Of a stretch of DNA of 64,000 nucleotides, positions 9,188 through 17,925 are shown piece after piece. The position numbers and the translations under genes were made by a program. This DNA is from Oscillospiraceae bacterium (GTDB lineage Bacteria > Bacteroidota > Bacteroidia > Bacteroidales > WCHB1-69), in NCBI GenBank assembly GCA_963603365.1, contig CAVCMI010000006.1, forward strand, positions 82 through 64,081. Reading direction: 5' to 3'. The stretch's first letter is position 1. Each line of letters starts with the position of its first letter. A model generated the notes under the pieces. The model worked only from the letters and a program-made list of their open reading frames with translations, was not told the origin of the DNA and made no database searches.

Positions 9188-10975
9188 TCAATCAAGTTTC
9201 AGTACGGCAAGGAAGGCAGACTGCGGCACCTCTACGTTTCCGATCTGGCGCATTCTCTTTTTGCCTTTCTTCTGTTTTTCAAGCAGCTTGCGTTTTCGGG
9301 TAATGTCGCCGCCGTAGCATTTTGCAGTTACGTCTTTGCGCACGGCCTTGACGGTTTCGCGGGCGATGATCTTGGACCCGATGGCGGCCTGTATGGCGAT
9401 GTCGAACTGCTGTCTGGGGATCAGTTCCTTGAGTTTTTCACAGATTCGCCGTCCGAATGCGTAGGCGTTGTCGGCATGGATGAGCGCCGAGAGGGCATCC
9501 ACGGAGTCGCCGTTCAGCAGGATGTCCAGCTTTACCAGATTGGCGGGCCTGAAATCGGTGATGTGGTAGTCGAACGAGGCGTATCCCTTGGATATGCTTT
9601 TCAGTTTGTCGTAGAAGTCGAAGACGATTTCGCCCAGCGGCATGTCGAAGGTCAGTTCGATGCGGTTGGCGGCCACATACATCTGGTTGACCAGCGATCC
9701 GCGCTTGTCGATGCAGAGTTTCATGATGGGGCCGATATAGTCGTCTTTAGTGATGATCTGGGCGCGGATGAAGGGTTCTTCCACATGGTCGATCTCGGTC
9801 GGGGCGGGCATTCCGGAGGGGTTATATACCTCTAACCACTGTTTTTTTGTGGTCATCACGCGGTACGAGACGTTGGGCACGGTGGCGATGACATCCTGGT
9901 CGAACTCGCGGTCGAGCCGTTCTTCGATGATTTCCATGTGCAGAAGTCCGAGGAAGCCGCAACGGAAACCGAACCCGAGGGCGGCAGACGACTCAGGCTC
10001 GAAGGTGAGCGAGGCGTCGTTCAGGCGAAGCTTTTCAAGCGAGGAACGCAACTCTTCGTATTGGTCGGCTTCGGTAGGGTAGATGCCGGCAAAGAGCATA
10101 GGCTTCACCTCCTGGAATCCCTCGATGGCTTCGGAGCACGGCCGCGCCACATGGGTGATGGTGTCGCCGACTTTCACCTCCGTGGAGGTTTTGATGCCCG
10201 TGATAAGGTAGCCGACATCGCCTGCCGACAAGGTGTCTTTGGGCACGCGGTCCATCTTCAGGATGCCGATTTCGTCTGCGTCGTACTCTTTTTTTGTGGA
10301 AATGAATTTCACGAGGTCGTGCGTCTTGACAGTTCCGTTGAAGATGCGGAAATAGGCGATGATGCCTCTGAATGAGTTGAATATGGAGTCGAAGATGAGC
10401 GCCTGCAGCGGAGCGTCAGGGTCACCTTTTGGGGCGGGTATGCGTTCGATGATGGCCTCAAGGATCTGCTCCACGCCCTGCCCCGTCTTTCCGGAGGCTT
10501 CGATGATGTCTGTCTCTTCGCAGCCGAGAAGGTCAACAATCTGGTCCTTGACCTCTGCGGGCATGGCCGCCGGCATGTCCATTTTGTTCAGCACAGGTAT
10601 GATCTCCAAGTTGCTGTCGATGGCCTGATAGAGGTTTGAGATGGTCTGCGCCTGAACGCCTTGCGTGGCGTCAACCAACAGCAGCGCGCCCTCGCAAGCC
10701 GCGATGGACCGCGACACTTCGTACGAGAAGTCCACATGTCCCGGCGTGTCTATAAGGTTGAGAATGTAATGCTGCCCTTTGTGCTGGTATTCCATTTGGA
10801 TGGCATGGCTCTTGATGGTGATGCCGCGTTCGCGCTCGAGGTCCATGTCGTCAAGGACCTGGTTCTGGAACTCGCGGTCGTTAACGGTTTTCGTGTATTG
10901 CAGCAGGCGGTCAGCCAACGTGCTTTTGCCATGGTCTATATGGGCAATGATGCAGAAATTCCGGATGTTTTTCAT
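9188..10975 (-). CDS. lepA: Translation elongation factor 4 (LepA)
   Basis: 595 aa. GTPase motifs AHIDHGKST and DTPGHVDF, and the LepA-specific C-terminal domain. Confidence 0.95.
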   Translation of the reverse strand: MKNIRNFCIIAHIDHGKSTLADRLLQYTKTVNDREFQNQVLDDMDLERERGITIKSHAIQMEYQHKGQHYILNLIDTPGHVDFSYEVSRSIAACEGALLLVDATQGVQAQTISNLYQAIDSNLEIIPVLNKMDMPAAMPAEVKDQIVDLLGCEETDIIEASGKTGQGVEQILEAIIERIPAPKGDPDAPLQALIFDSIFNSFRGIIAYFRIFNGTVKTHDLVKFISTKKEYDADEIGILKMDRVPKDTLSAGDVGYLITGIKTSTEVKVGDTITHVARPCSEAIEGFQEVKPMLFAGIYPTEADQYEELRSSLEKLRLNDASLTFEPESSAALGFGFRCGFLGLLHMEIIEERLDREFDQDVIATVPNVSYRVMTTKKQWLEVYNPSGMPAPTEIDHVEEPFIRAQIITKDDYIGPIMKLCIDKRGSLVNQMYVAANRIELTFDMPLGEIVFDFYDKLKSISKGYASFDYHITDFRPANLVKLDILLNGDSVDALSALIHADNAYAFGRRICEKLKELIPRQQFDIAIQAAIGSKIIARETVKAVRKDVTAKCYGGDITRKRKLLEKQKKGKKRMRQIGNVEVPQSAFLAVLKLD

Positions 10976-11020
10976 AAGCGTGCAAAAATAACATAAAACT
11001 TTAAAAGCAGAGCCCCTGGA

Positions 11021-11569
11021 TCAGAAGTCAGAGTCTATCTCCTCTCTGTCCTGTCTGGAGTTCCGGTAGTCGATGTAGGAGATGACTAACGGGGAGGTGG
11101 ATCGGTAACTGCATTTGGAGAGCACAACCTGGTTGCAGTTGCCGGTGACGGTGTCTTTGTTGACGTTCCATAAGGTATAGTCGGTCGTGTAGTTGACGAA
11201 GACCTCTTCTTCTTTCAGATTATTCACTTCCGTGAAATCGGTGCCGTATTTGACCTGTAATTTCTTCTTCAGGATGTCGTACGAGTAACTTGTGCTGTGG
11301 TTGAAGCGCACCAGCACGCTGGCGATGAGTTTGGTTTTGGGGGCATTGTGCACTTCAAGGCGCACCCGCTCCCCGGCGAACATGCCTTTCATGTAGATGA
11401 TGTTGTCACGGCTGTTGGGGTCTTGCGAGAAGCCTTTCCCTTTCATCTTCGACACGAATGTGGTCATGGTGCAGTTGAGGTTCACCCCCATAAATTTCAT
11501 GGGCTGCGTCTGCGCTGCGCAGGAAAGCGCGGCAGAGAAGAGCAGAAGGGCAAGAAGAAGTCTTTTCAT
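11021..11569 (-). CDS. Secreted hypothetical protein
   Basis: Start set at ATG 11569 (MKRLLLALLLFSAALSCAAQ signal peptide). No recognisable domain. Confidence 0.5.
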   Translation of the reverse strand: MKRLLLALLLFSAALSCAAQTQPMKFMGVNLNCTMTTFVSKMKGKGFSQDPNSRDNIIYMKGMFAGERVRLEVHNAPKTKLIASVLVRFNHSTSYSYDILKKKLQVKYGTDFTEVNNLKEEEVFVNYTTDYTLWNVNKDTVTGNCNQVVLSKCSYRSTSPLVISYIDYRNSRQDREEIDSDF

Positions 11570-11641
11570 ATTGTTGTCAGTCTCTTTCGGTGGTTGTGAA
11601 CGACGGCATGCCAATAGCCAGACGTGTATGAACGGCAGACA

Positions 11642-12949
11642 CTACATGATGCCCAGCAGTGCGAGCGGCACATGTATCCAGTGTGCGACGATGCCGGCAA
11701 CAAGTCCGCCAATGGTGTGTGCAGCGATGGCTTTGCCGATGAGTTTGCGGTAGCCCAGTGAGTCAAGCATGGCCGTGTGTGTGCTGAGGTATCCGCTCCA
11801 GCACATGCCCATGGCGGTGAATACGGCAATGGCGTTGCTGTCGATGATGCCTTGCGCGATGAACTTGGGAACCAGTCCCAAGGCTGCGCCTACGGCCCCT
11901 AAGGCCGTGATAGGGAATGATATGAGTTGCGGAAACTGGAATCCGAAGAGCCAGTAGAACACGACGTTGATTTTGTCGGCAAGTTTGGTGATGATGGGGA
12001 CACCTTCATAGGCCACGCCTAAATAGGTGCCGTTTTCGCCGGAGGGGCCGAAGGTCATCATCATCACGAGCGTGGATATGACCAACACGCCCGGTATGAT
12101 GGCCAGGCCGATGTTGACGCCCTCTTTTCCGCCGTCGAGGATGCCGTTGAGGAAACGCATAAACGGAGAGCCTTCACTTTTGTAGGAGATCTGCTGCTCG
12201 TCGCCTTCCAGTTCTTTTTGGGCTGCCGCAGTGTCTGCCGGCATCTCTTCCGGTTGCACACTCCCGGGCATGGTCTCTTCTTCCGATTCGTCTATCACGG
12301 GCGTGTCCAGTTCGGGAAAGGCTTTCAGCGTGAAGCGCTGCATGAGACGGGTGGAGACAATGCTGCCGATGACGGCTCCCACGATGCCGAGCATCGCGCT
12401 TTTGCCGTATCCGATGCCGGTCATGAATGCCAGCACCATAAGACCCATGCCGAAAGCGGTGCCGAAGTTGGTGAGTGACACTAATTGGTATTTCTTGAAG
12501 TAACGGCTGAAGTTCTTGTCTTTTGACAGGGTGATGATGGCCGGGTTGTCGCTCAGGAATGTCAAGACAGCCCCTAATGCTGCCACGCCGGGAAGGTTGT
12601 AGAGCGGCTTCATCAACGGACGCAGGATGTTTTCCATCAGGCGCACTACACCGAACTCTGTCAGCAGTTTCCCGATGGCGCCGGTGAGCACACAGATGGC
12701 CATGATGTAGAACACGGTCTCTATCAGCAGCGAATATGCCGTCTGCATCAAGGTACTCAGCATCTTGGGCAGTGTCATCACATGGGCAATGGCTGCGAAG
12801 AAGGCGATGAAGAGGGTGAGGAATACGAGAGCCTCAAGCGTGCGCTTCCCGGTGAACGTCATCGGTCGTTTTATCTTCTTCTCTATTTTCAAGAATAGAT
12901 TTTCTACTGTTTTGTGGTAGGAAAAAGTCTTTTTCCGGTCTGTCTTCAT
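11642..12949 (-). CDS. Polytopic inner-membrane protein, nucleoside-recognition (Gate) domain-like transporter
   Basis: Start set at ATG 12949, which forms an ATGA overlap with the upstream gene stop. Multiple hydrophobic helices split by an acidic loop (VIDESEEETMPGSVQPEEM). The family call is from memory only. Confidence 0.45.
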   Translation of the reverse strand: MKTDRKKTFSYHKTVENLFLKIEKKIKRPMTFTGKRTLEALVFLTLFIAFFAAIAHVMTLPKMLSTLMQTAYSLLIETVFYIMAICVLTGAIGKLLTEFGVVRLMENILRPLMKPLYNLPGVAALGAVLTFLSDNPAIITLSKDKNFSRYFKKYQLVSLTNFGTAFGMGLMVLAFMTGIGYGKSAMLGIVGAVIGSIVSTRLMQRFTLKAFPELDTPVIDESEEETMPGSVQPEEMPADTAAAQKELEGDEQQISYKSEGSPFMRFLNGILDGGKEGVNIGLAIIPGVLVISTLVMMMTFGPSGENGTYLGVAYEGVPIITKLADKINVVFYWLFGFQFPQLISFPITALGAVGAALGLVPKFIAQGIIDSNAIAVFTAMGMCWSGYLSTHTAMLDSLGYRKLIGKAIAAHTIGGLVAGIVAHWIHVPLALLGIM

Positions 12950-14067
12950 TTTACCTTTTTGTTTATGTATTTGAGGAAATTGAAATTGCAAGAGATGCCG
13001 AGGCTGGCGGCTATCTTGTGCCTGCTCTCATCCGGCATCATGTCCTGAATGCTGCCGTCGAACCCGTTGCTTGTGCGGAAGTCTGCCACGTATGCATGCA
13101 GCCGCACGTCGGGGCACCTCTCCGGCCGGTATTCGCAACCAATGCCGCCGAAACAGTAGGTTTGCCCCGGAAAGGAAAGGCAGTCCCACACGTTCTTCGT
13201 TTCCAGATAGGATTCGTATTCATCGCGGTCTTTGTTCTGTTCGTAGCCGCCCTTGACGAACAGGCTGACACCCTTGCCGAGCAGCACGTCCGCGCGGGCA
13301 ATCACGCCGAAGTTCTTCAACAACTGCTGCATACTGTTGGCACGGTGTATCAAGTCAACATAAAGGCTCCACCGCGGATAGGTCACTTTGTTGCCTATGG
13401 CGATGCAGTTCATATAATGCCCCTCACGGTCGCGCTGGAACATGTTGATGGAGTATAGAGCCTGAAAGTGGTCGTATCTGCCTGACCAGAAGAGGCTGTA
13501 ACTTAAGAGCGAGTTCTGGAACGTAGAACCGTAATGTACATACGGGGAGTTGCCGACTTGTGCCATAACCGTGTTTTTCCCGTCACTGGTGTGATAGGAA
13601 ACCGAGGCTGCCAACTGGAAGCAGTAGAAATAGTCCCAATAATAGGCGTTGAAGAAGACATCGATGGGAGGCGCGTCGTACTCGAAACCGCCGACTGCCA
13701 AGGCGTCTTTTCCGGCGCGCACGCTCCAATTGCGGTGAAACCGGTAGTTGAGGTAAAGGAAGTCGGTGTTGTCAAAGAATCTGATGCTGCCTTCGTTTGC
13801 GATGATGCGCTGCCGGAAGTAGTAGGAGACCTGCCGGTTGAGATTCCCGCCCAAATGGAGGTTGAAGTAACGTCCCGTGAAGCCGTAATTGTTCTGTTCG
13901 GGGACAACGGCGCCGTTGATGACACGCATAGGGTGCGCAAAGTCGGCATCCGCCCGCATTTCGATCCGCAAGGTGTTGAACAGAGGAACGGAGTCCGCCT
14001 GCGCTTGAGCCCATAGAGAGAGCAAGCAAAAGGCAGCGAGGCAAAGAGATAGTCTGGTCGCTTTCAC
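12946..14067 (-). CDS. Outer-membrane porin-like beta-barrel protein
   Basis: 373 aa. GTG start at 14067 is required to include the signal peptide (LLSLWAQAQ). Beta-rich sequence with many aromatic residues. Confidence 0.45.
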   Translation of the reverse strand: MKATRLSLCLAAFCLLSLWAQAQADSVPLFNTLRIEMRADADFAHPMRVINGAVVPEQNNYGFTGRYFNLHLGGNLNRQVSYYFRQRIIANEGSIRFFDNTDFLYLNYRFHRNWSVRAGKDALAVGGFEYDAPPIDVFFNAYYWDYFYCFQLAASVSYHTSDGKNTVMAQVGNSPYVHYGSTFQNSLLSYSLFWSGRYDHFQALYSINMFQRDREGHYMNCIAIGNKVTYPRWSLYVDLIHRANSMQQLLKNFGVIARADVLLGKGVSLFVKGGYEQNKDRDEYESYLETKNVWDCLSFPGQTYCFGGIGCEYRPERCPDVRLHAYVADFRTSNGFDGSIQDMMPDESRHKIAASLGISCNFNFLKYINKKVK

Positions 14068-14098
14068 ATTCTTTGGCGTTTAGAGATGGAATGTGTTT

Positions 14099-15307
14099 TT
14101 AGTCGAGATGAAGGTTGTGCCCCATTTTCTCCTGCTTGGTTTTGAGATAACGCTTGTTGATGGCGTTGGGCTGCACGATGATGGGGACGGTTTCTTCAAT
14201 GTGGATGCCGTGTGCTGAAAGTCCTACTCTTTTTGCAGGGTTATTGGTGATGAGACGTATGTTGGTGGCGTTCAGGTCGCGCAGGATCTGAGCGCCGATG
14301 CCGTAGTCGCGTTCGTCAGCCTTGAATCCGAGTTCGAGGTTTGCCTCAACGGTGTCGCGCCCCAGTTCCTGGAGGTGGTAGGCGCGGAGTTTGTTCACCA
14401 GTCCTATGCCTCGTCCTTCTTGGCTCATATAGAGAACCAGCCCTTTGCCGGCATCTTCAATCATCTGCATGGAGCGGTGCAGTTGCTCGCCGCAGTCGCA
14501 TTTCTCGGAGCCGAATATGTCGCCCGTGGCACATGAGGAGTGTACGCGTGTAAGGATGGGTTCGCCCTCATTCCAGTCGCCTTTTTTGAGCGCCAGATGT
14601 GTGGCGCCGTTGTTGAGCTGGGTGTAGGCGATGAGCTGGAATGTGCCCCAAAGGGTGGGAAGCGTGACTTCCTGTTCTTTGCGGATGAGTTTCTCGCGCT
14701 CCAGCCGGTAGGCGATGAGTTTTTCGACACTGGTGATCTTGAGGTCGTGTTTCTTTGCGACTTCGATGAGTTGCGGCAAACGGGCCATAGTGCCGTCAGG
14801 GTTGATGATCTCTATGAGTGAACCTGCCGGGGCGAGCCCTGCCAGACGTGCCATGTCAACGGTGGCTTCGGTATGTCCGGCGCGTACCAGTACGCCGCCG
14901 TCTCGTGCCATCAGCGGGTTGATGTGTCCGGGACGGCCAAAATTGCCCGGCTTCATGCTCGGGTCGGCAAGCGCCTTTATGGTGGCGGCACGGTCATGCA
15001 TCGACACTCCGGTAGTGCAGCCGTGTTCCAACAAGTCAACGGTGATGGTGAACGGCGTTCCGTGCAGAGAGGTGTTGCTGCTAACCTGCATGTCGAGGTC
15101 CAATTGCTGGCAACGCTCCCGGGAAAGCGGCGCACACAAGACGCCACGCCCGTATTGGAGCATGAAATTGACCTTTTCAGGGGTTATCTTCTCGGCGGCA
15201 ATGATAAAGTCACCCTCGTTCTCGCGGTCTTCGTCATCAACCATTATGATAAATTTTCCGGCTTTGAAATCTTCTAAAGCTTCTTCAATGGAATTGAGCT
15301 GATACAT
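14099..15307 (-). CDS. ribBA: Bifunctional 3,4-dihydroxy-2-butanone-4-phosphate synthase / GTP cyclohydrolase II
   Basis: 402 aa. RibB half ([16 protein letters not shown]) fused to a RibA half (CDCGEQL, EGRGIGL). Confidence 0.95.
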   Translation of the reverse strand: MYQLNSIEEALEDFKAGKFIIMVDDEDRENEGDFIIAAEKITPEKVNFMLQYGRGVLCAPLSRERCQQLDLDMQVSSNTSLHGTPFTITVDLLEHGCTTGVSMHDRAATIKALADPSMKPGNFGRPGHINPLMARDGGVLVRAGHTEATVDMARLAGLAPAGSLIEIINPDGTMARLPQLIEVAKKHDLKITSVEKLIAYRLEREKLIRKEQEVTLPTLWGTFQLIAYTQLNNGATHLALKKGDWNEGEPILTRVHSSCATGDIFGSEKCDCGEQLHRSMQMIEDAGKGLVLYMSQEGRGIGLVNKLRAYHLQELGRDTVEANLELGFKADERDYGIGAQILRDLNATNIRLITNNPAKRVGLSAHGIHIEETVPIIVQPNAINKRYLKTKQEKMGHNLHLD

Positions 15308-15334
15308 TTGTCAGGTATGTTTTGTTTGTTTTGT

Positions 15335-16630
15335 CTATTTCTGTGATTTTTGGTATATGCCCATGCTTCGCACGCTCCAACGTGTGCCGTCAGCGCTGCC
15401 GCTCTTGCGGTAACGGAGCGCGATTCTGAAACTGCCGCCCCCGACAGAAGAAAGACTGAGTTCGTTGCTGTTGCCAAACGTGGACGGGAACGTGTTGATG
15501 TTAGGACTGAAGGCCTGCCAGTCGCTCTCGTTGATGTCACCGCCGCTGTAAGTGGTGGAGTAGTAGGCCTGATAGTAGGAAGCCGGACTGCCTGCCACAT
15601 TGTTGGCATGGTCGATGACTAAAAAGGCGTCAGAGGCGTCCTCAATGCTGATTTCTGGCGAGATGAGCCAGTCGTCGCAGAGTTCGTCCGTTTCCAGATG
15701 CACCATGAATTGGTTTCCCTGGAACGACTGGTAACGCCATTCCCCTTCAGGCCACGAACGCCATCCGCCTGCGGTCAGCGACTGGTCGTCGAAAGTGAAA
15801 TGCTTGAGCACCACATCTTCTTCATGCCGGGCAAGCTGTATGTCGTCTCTTGTACGGAGGGTCAGCTGGTACTCGGAATTGTAAACGGAAAGGATGCCGT
15901 ACAGGCAGTATTCAGCATCGGCATCGATGAGGTCGGACCTGAAATTAGCATAGTTGGAGGTGCGGACAATGAAACTCTGTCCGTTGATGGTGGCGTCGCG
16001 GTCGGTGGTGAAGTCGTTGCTGGCAAAAGGCATCCCGTCACACTCTTCGGCAAAGCGGACACCGTTGATTTTGACGAAACGGTTGACATTCTCGAGCGAG
16101 AGTTGGGAGGCTCCCGTAACCTCTAACGGTTGGGAAAGAAACGGGTGGTTTGGGTTCGGAAGCCCGTCTTTGTGCAGGTAGTTCTTGAGGGCTTCGGTAT
16201 GGATTCGCCCAACAGATCCGTTGTATTTCCAGCCTATTTGGTATTTTTTGTAATAGTCGCCCACAATGAGCCCGCGGCAGTCGAGATAGACGGTTTGACC
16301 CACGGGATATTCGTTGTATAGTCCGCTTCGGTCGATGGCGATCTCAATGCCGCCGGTTTCGTCCTGTATGGTCAGGTATTTGTAGCAGTTCCCGCCTTGG
16401 TCGGAACTGACCACTATGGCTTTGACGATGAATGTCTCGTCGGAGGAGCAGATGGAGTCAAGGTTTCCGGAACTTAATGTGTGCATGGCTTTGATGTCGG
16501 CGATTGTGCGGTTGGCCTGAGGTCCGTCGTATGCCGGCGCCTGAAATAATGGCTCTTCCCATTTGTTGCAGGAAGAGAGCAGGAGTGTGAAAGCCGAAAG
16601 AAACCAAAGGCTCAAAACGTTTTTTGTCAT
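15335..16630 (-). CDS. Surface lipoprotein with an OB-fold-like module (DUF5689-like) and a C-terminal choice-of-anchor-J-like domain
   Basis: 431 aa. Lipobox LLLSSC. Has GNCYKYLTIQDETGGIEIAID and a C-terminal WLISPEISI motif. Paralogue of the next gene. Confidence 0.5.
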   Translation of the reverse strand: MTKNVLSLWFLSAFTLLLSSCNKWEEPLFQAPAYDGPQANRTIADIKAMHTLSSGNLDSICSSDETFIVKAIVVSSDQGGNCYKYLTIQDETGGIEIAIDRSGLYNEYPVGQTVYLDCRGLIVGDYYKKYQIGWKYNGSVGRIHTEALKNYLHKDGLPNPNHPFLSQPLEVTGASQLSLENVNRFVKINGVRFAEECDGMPFASNDFTTDRDATINGQSFIVRTSNYANFRSDLIDADAEYCLYGILSVYNSEYQLTLRTRDDIQLARHEEDVVLKHFTFDDQSLTAGGWRSWPEGEWRYQSFQGNQFMVHLETDELCDDWLISPEISIEDASDAFLVIDHANNVAGSPASYYQAYYSTTYSGGDINESDWQAFSPNINTFPSTFGNSNELSLSSVGGGSFRIALRYRKSGSADGTRWSVRSMGIYQKSQK

Positions 16631-16644
16631 TGTGTTCTGTGTTT

Positions 16645-17910
16645 TTATTGGTTTACGGTTGCCGAAATGTTGATGTTGCGGATGGCCCAGATGGTGCCGT
16701 TCCCGGAGTATCTGTAAGCGAATCTGAAACCTGACGTGACGGCGGAGGACGGTATTTCAAAACGCTCGTTCCGGAAAGTGCTGCTGTACCCGCTGACGGG
16801 TATTTCAGTCCAGTCTGTCGTGTTTACATCGCCGGTATAATTGAGGGTATAGTAGCATTTCATTGCGGCGTTCTCGCTGCTTCCGGAGATCCGGTGGCTG
16901 TAGGTGAGCAGTGGATCTGCAGTGCCGGACAGGTTGATGGCGGGCGAGATGAGCCAACTGTCGCTCTCCGCTTGCGGCTGTATCAGGAAACCCGTGAACG
17001 AAGAATTGGAGAGCACAGTCCATTCGCTCCCGGACGTGGCACGAATCCAGCCGTCAGCAAAAGCGTTTTCGTAGTTTACGGTGAAGATGTCGGCCGTGTG
17101 CGGGGCATTCCCGAAGCCTTGCAGGTCATCCAGTCCGCGGATTACGATTTGTATGGTGTTATTGTATCGTGTGAGGAGGCCTGTCACAGTCCCTGAACCT
17201 GTGGGAAGGGTCTCTTGCCGGAAGTCGGCATAGTTGCTGGTACGCATCGTGATGGTGGTGCCGTCTGCCATGACGATGTCACGGCTGGTTGCAGAGTTGT
17301 CTGCCGAGAAGTTGGCGACCCCTCCCTCTGTGAACGTGGCGTTCTCCAATACGGCCAAACGGTTGTAGTAGGTGTCGGGCATGTCTGCGACACTCGGAAT
17401 GGAGGTGAGCCGGATGGCGGGTTTGAACGTTTCCGGAGACCCGTCTAAGAACACATAACGCGACACTTTGTTGGAAGGAATCTGCTGTATGGATCCGTTG
17501 GCCCAGATTCCGAGGCAGGGCAGTTTGCGGTAGTCTCCTATATCAAGACCGTTGCACTTGACATAGATGCGCTGCCCGACACGGTATTTTTTGTACAGAT
17601 AGCTGTTGTTGATGCGGATCTGGATGCCTCCGGTGGCGTCTTCGATGTTGAGGTATTTGTAGCAGTTGCCATGCTCGTCCGAAGAGGTTACAATGCCGCA
17701 GATGACGATCTCTGCGGAGTCTTCCGAGATGTGGTTGTAGGAGTCGGACGAACCGATCTGGTGCAATTTGAGCAGTCGGGCAATGGTGGTGGTGGCTTCG
17801 CCCGCATAGGCAGGCAAGGGCGCGACATCAGGTTCGGTGTTGCAGCCTGCAAGGCATCCGGCCAAGACTACTGCCAGCATGAGGACAACGGGTGTATGTG
17901 AACGTTTCAT
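16645..17910 (-). CDS. Paralogous surface lipoprotein (OB-fold-like plus choice-of-anchor-J-like)
   Basis: 421 aa. Lipobox LAGCLAGC. Has GNCYKYLNIEDATGGIQIRIN and WLISPAINL. Same architecture as 15335-16630. Confidence 0.5.
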   Translation of the reverse strand: MKRSHTPVVLMLAVVLAGCLAGCNTEPDVAPLPAYAGEATTTIARLLKLHQIGSSDSYNHISEDSAEIVICGIVTSSDEHGNCYKYLNIEDATGGIQIRINNSYLYKKYRVGQRIYVKCNGLDIGDYRKLPCLGIWANGSIQQIPSNKVSRYVFLDGSPETFKPAIRLTSIPSVADMPDTYYNRLAVLENATFTEGGVANFSADNSATSRDIVMADGTTITMRTSNYADFRQETLPTGSGTVTGLLTRYNNTIQIVIRGLDDLQGFGNAPHTADIFTVNYENAFADGWIRATSGSEWTVLSNSSFTGFLIQPQAESDSWLISPAINLSGTADPLLTYSHRISGSSENAAMKCYYTLNYTGDVNTTDWTEIPVSGYSSTFRNERFEIPSSAVTSGFRFAYRYSGNGTIWAIRNINISATVNQ

Positions 17911-17925
17911 GATATCGGATTGCGG

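Noticed and set aside
15308-15334. Expected FMN riboswitch upstream of ribBA. I also looked for a lysine element upstream of lysC and a tnaC-like leader upstream of tnaA.
   Set aside because: The upstream spacers are only 27 nt (ribBA), overlapping (lysC) and 37 nt (tnaA). That is too short for these elements.
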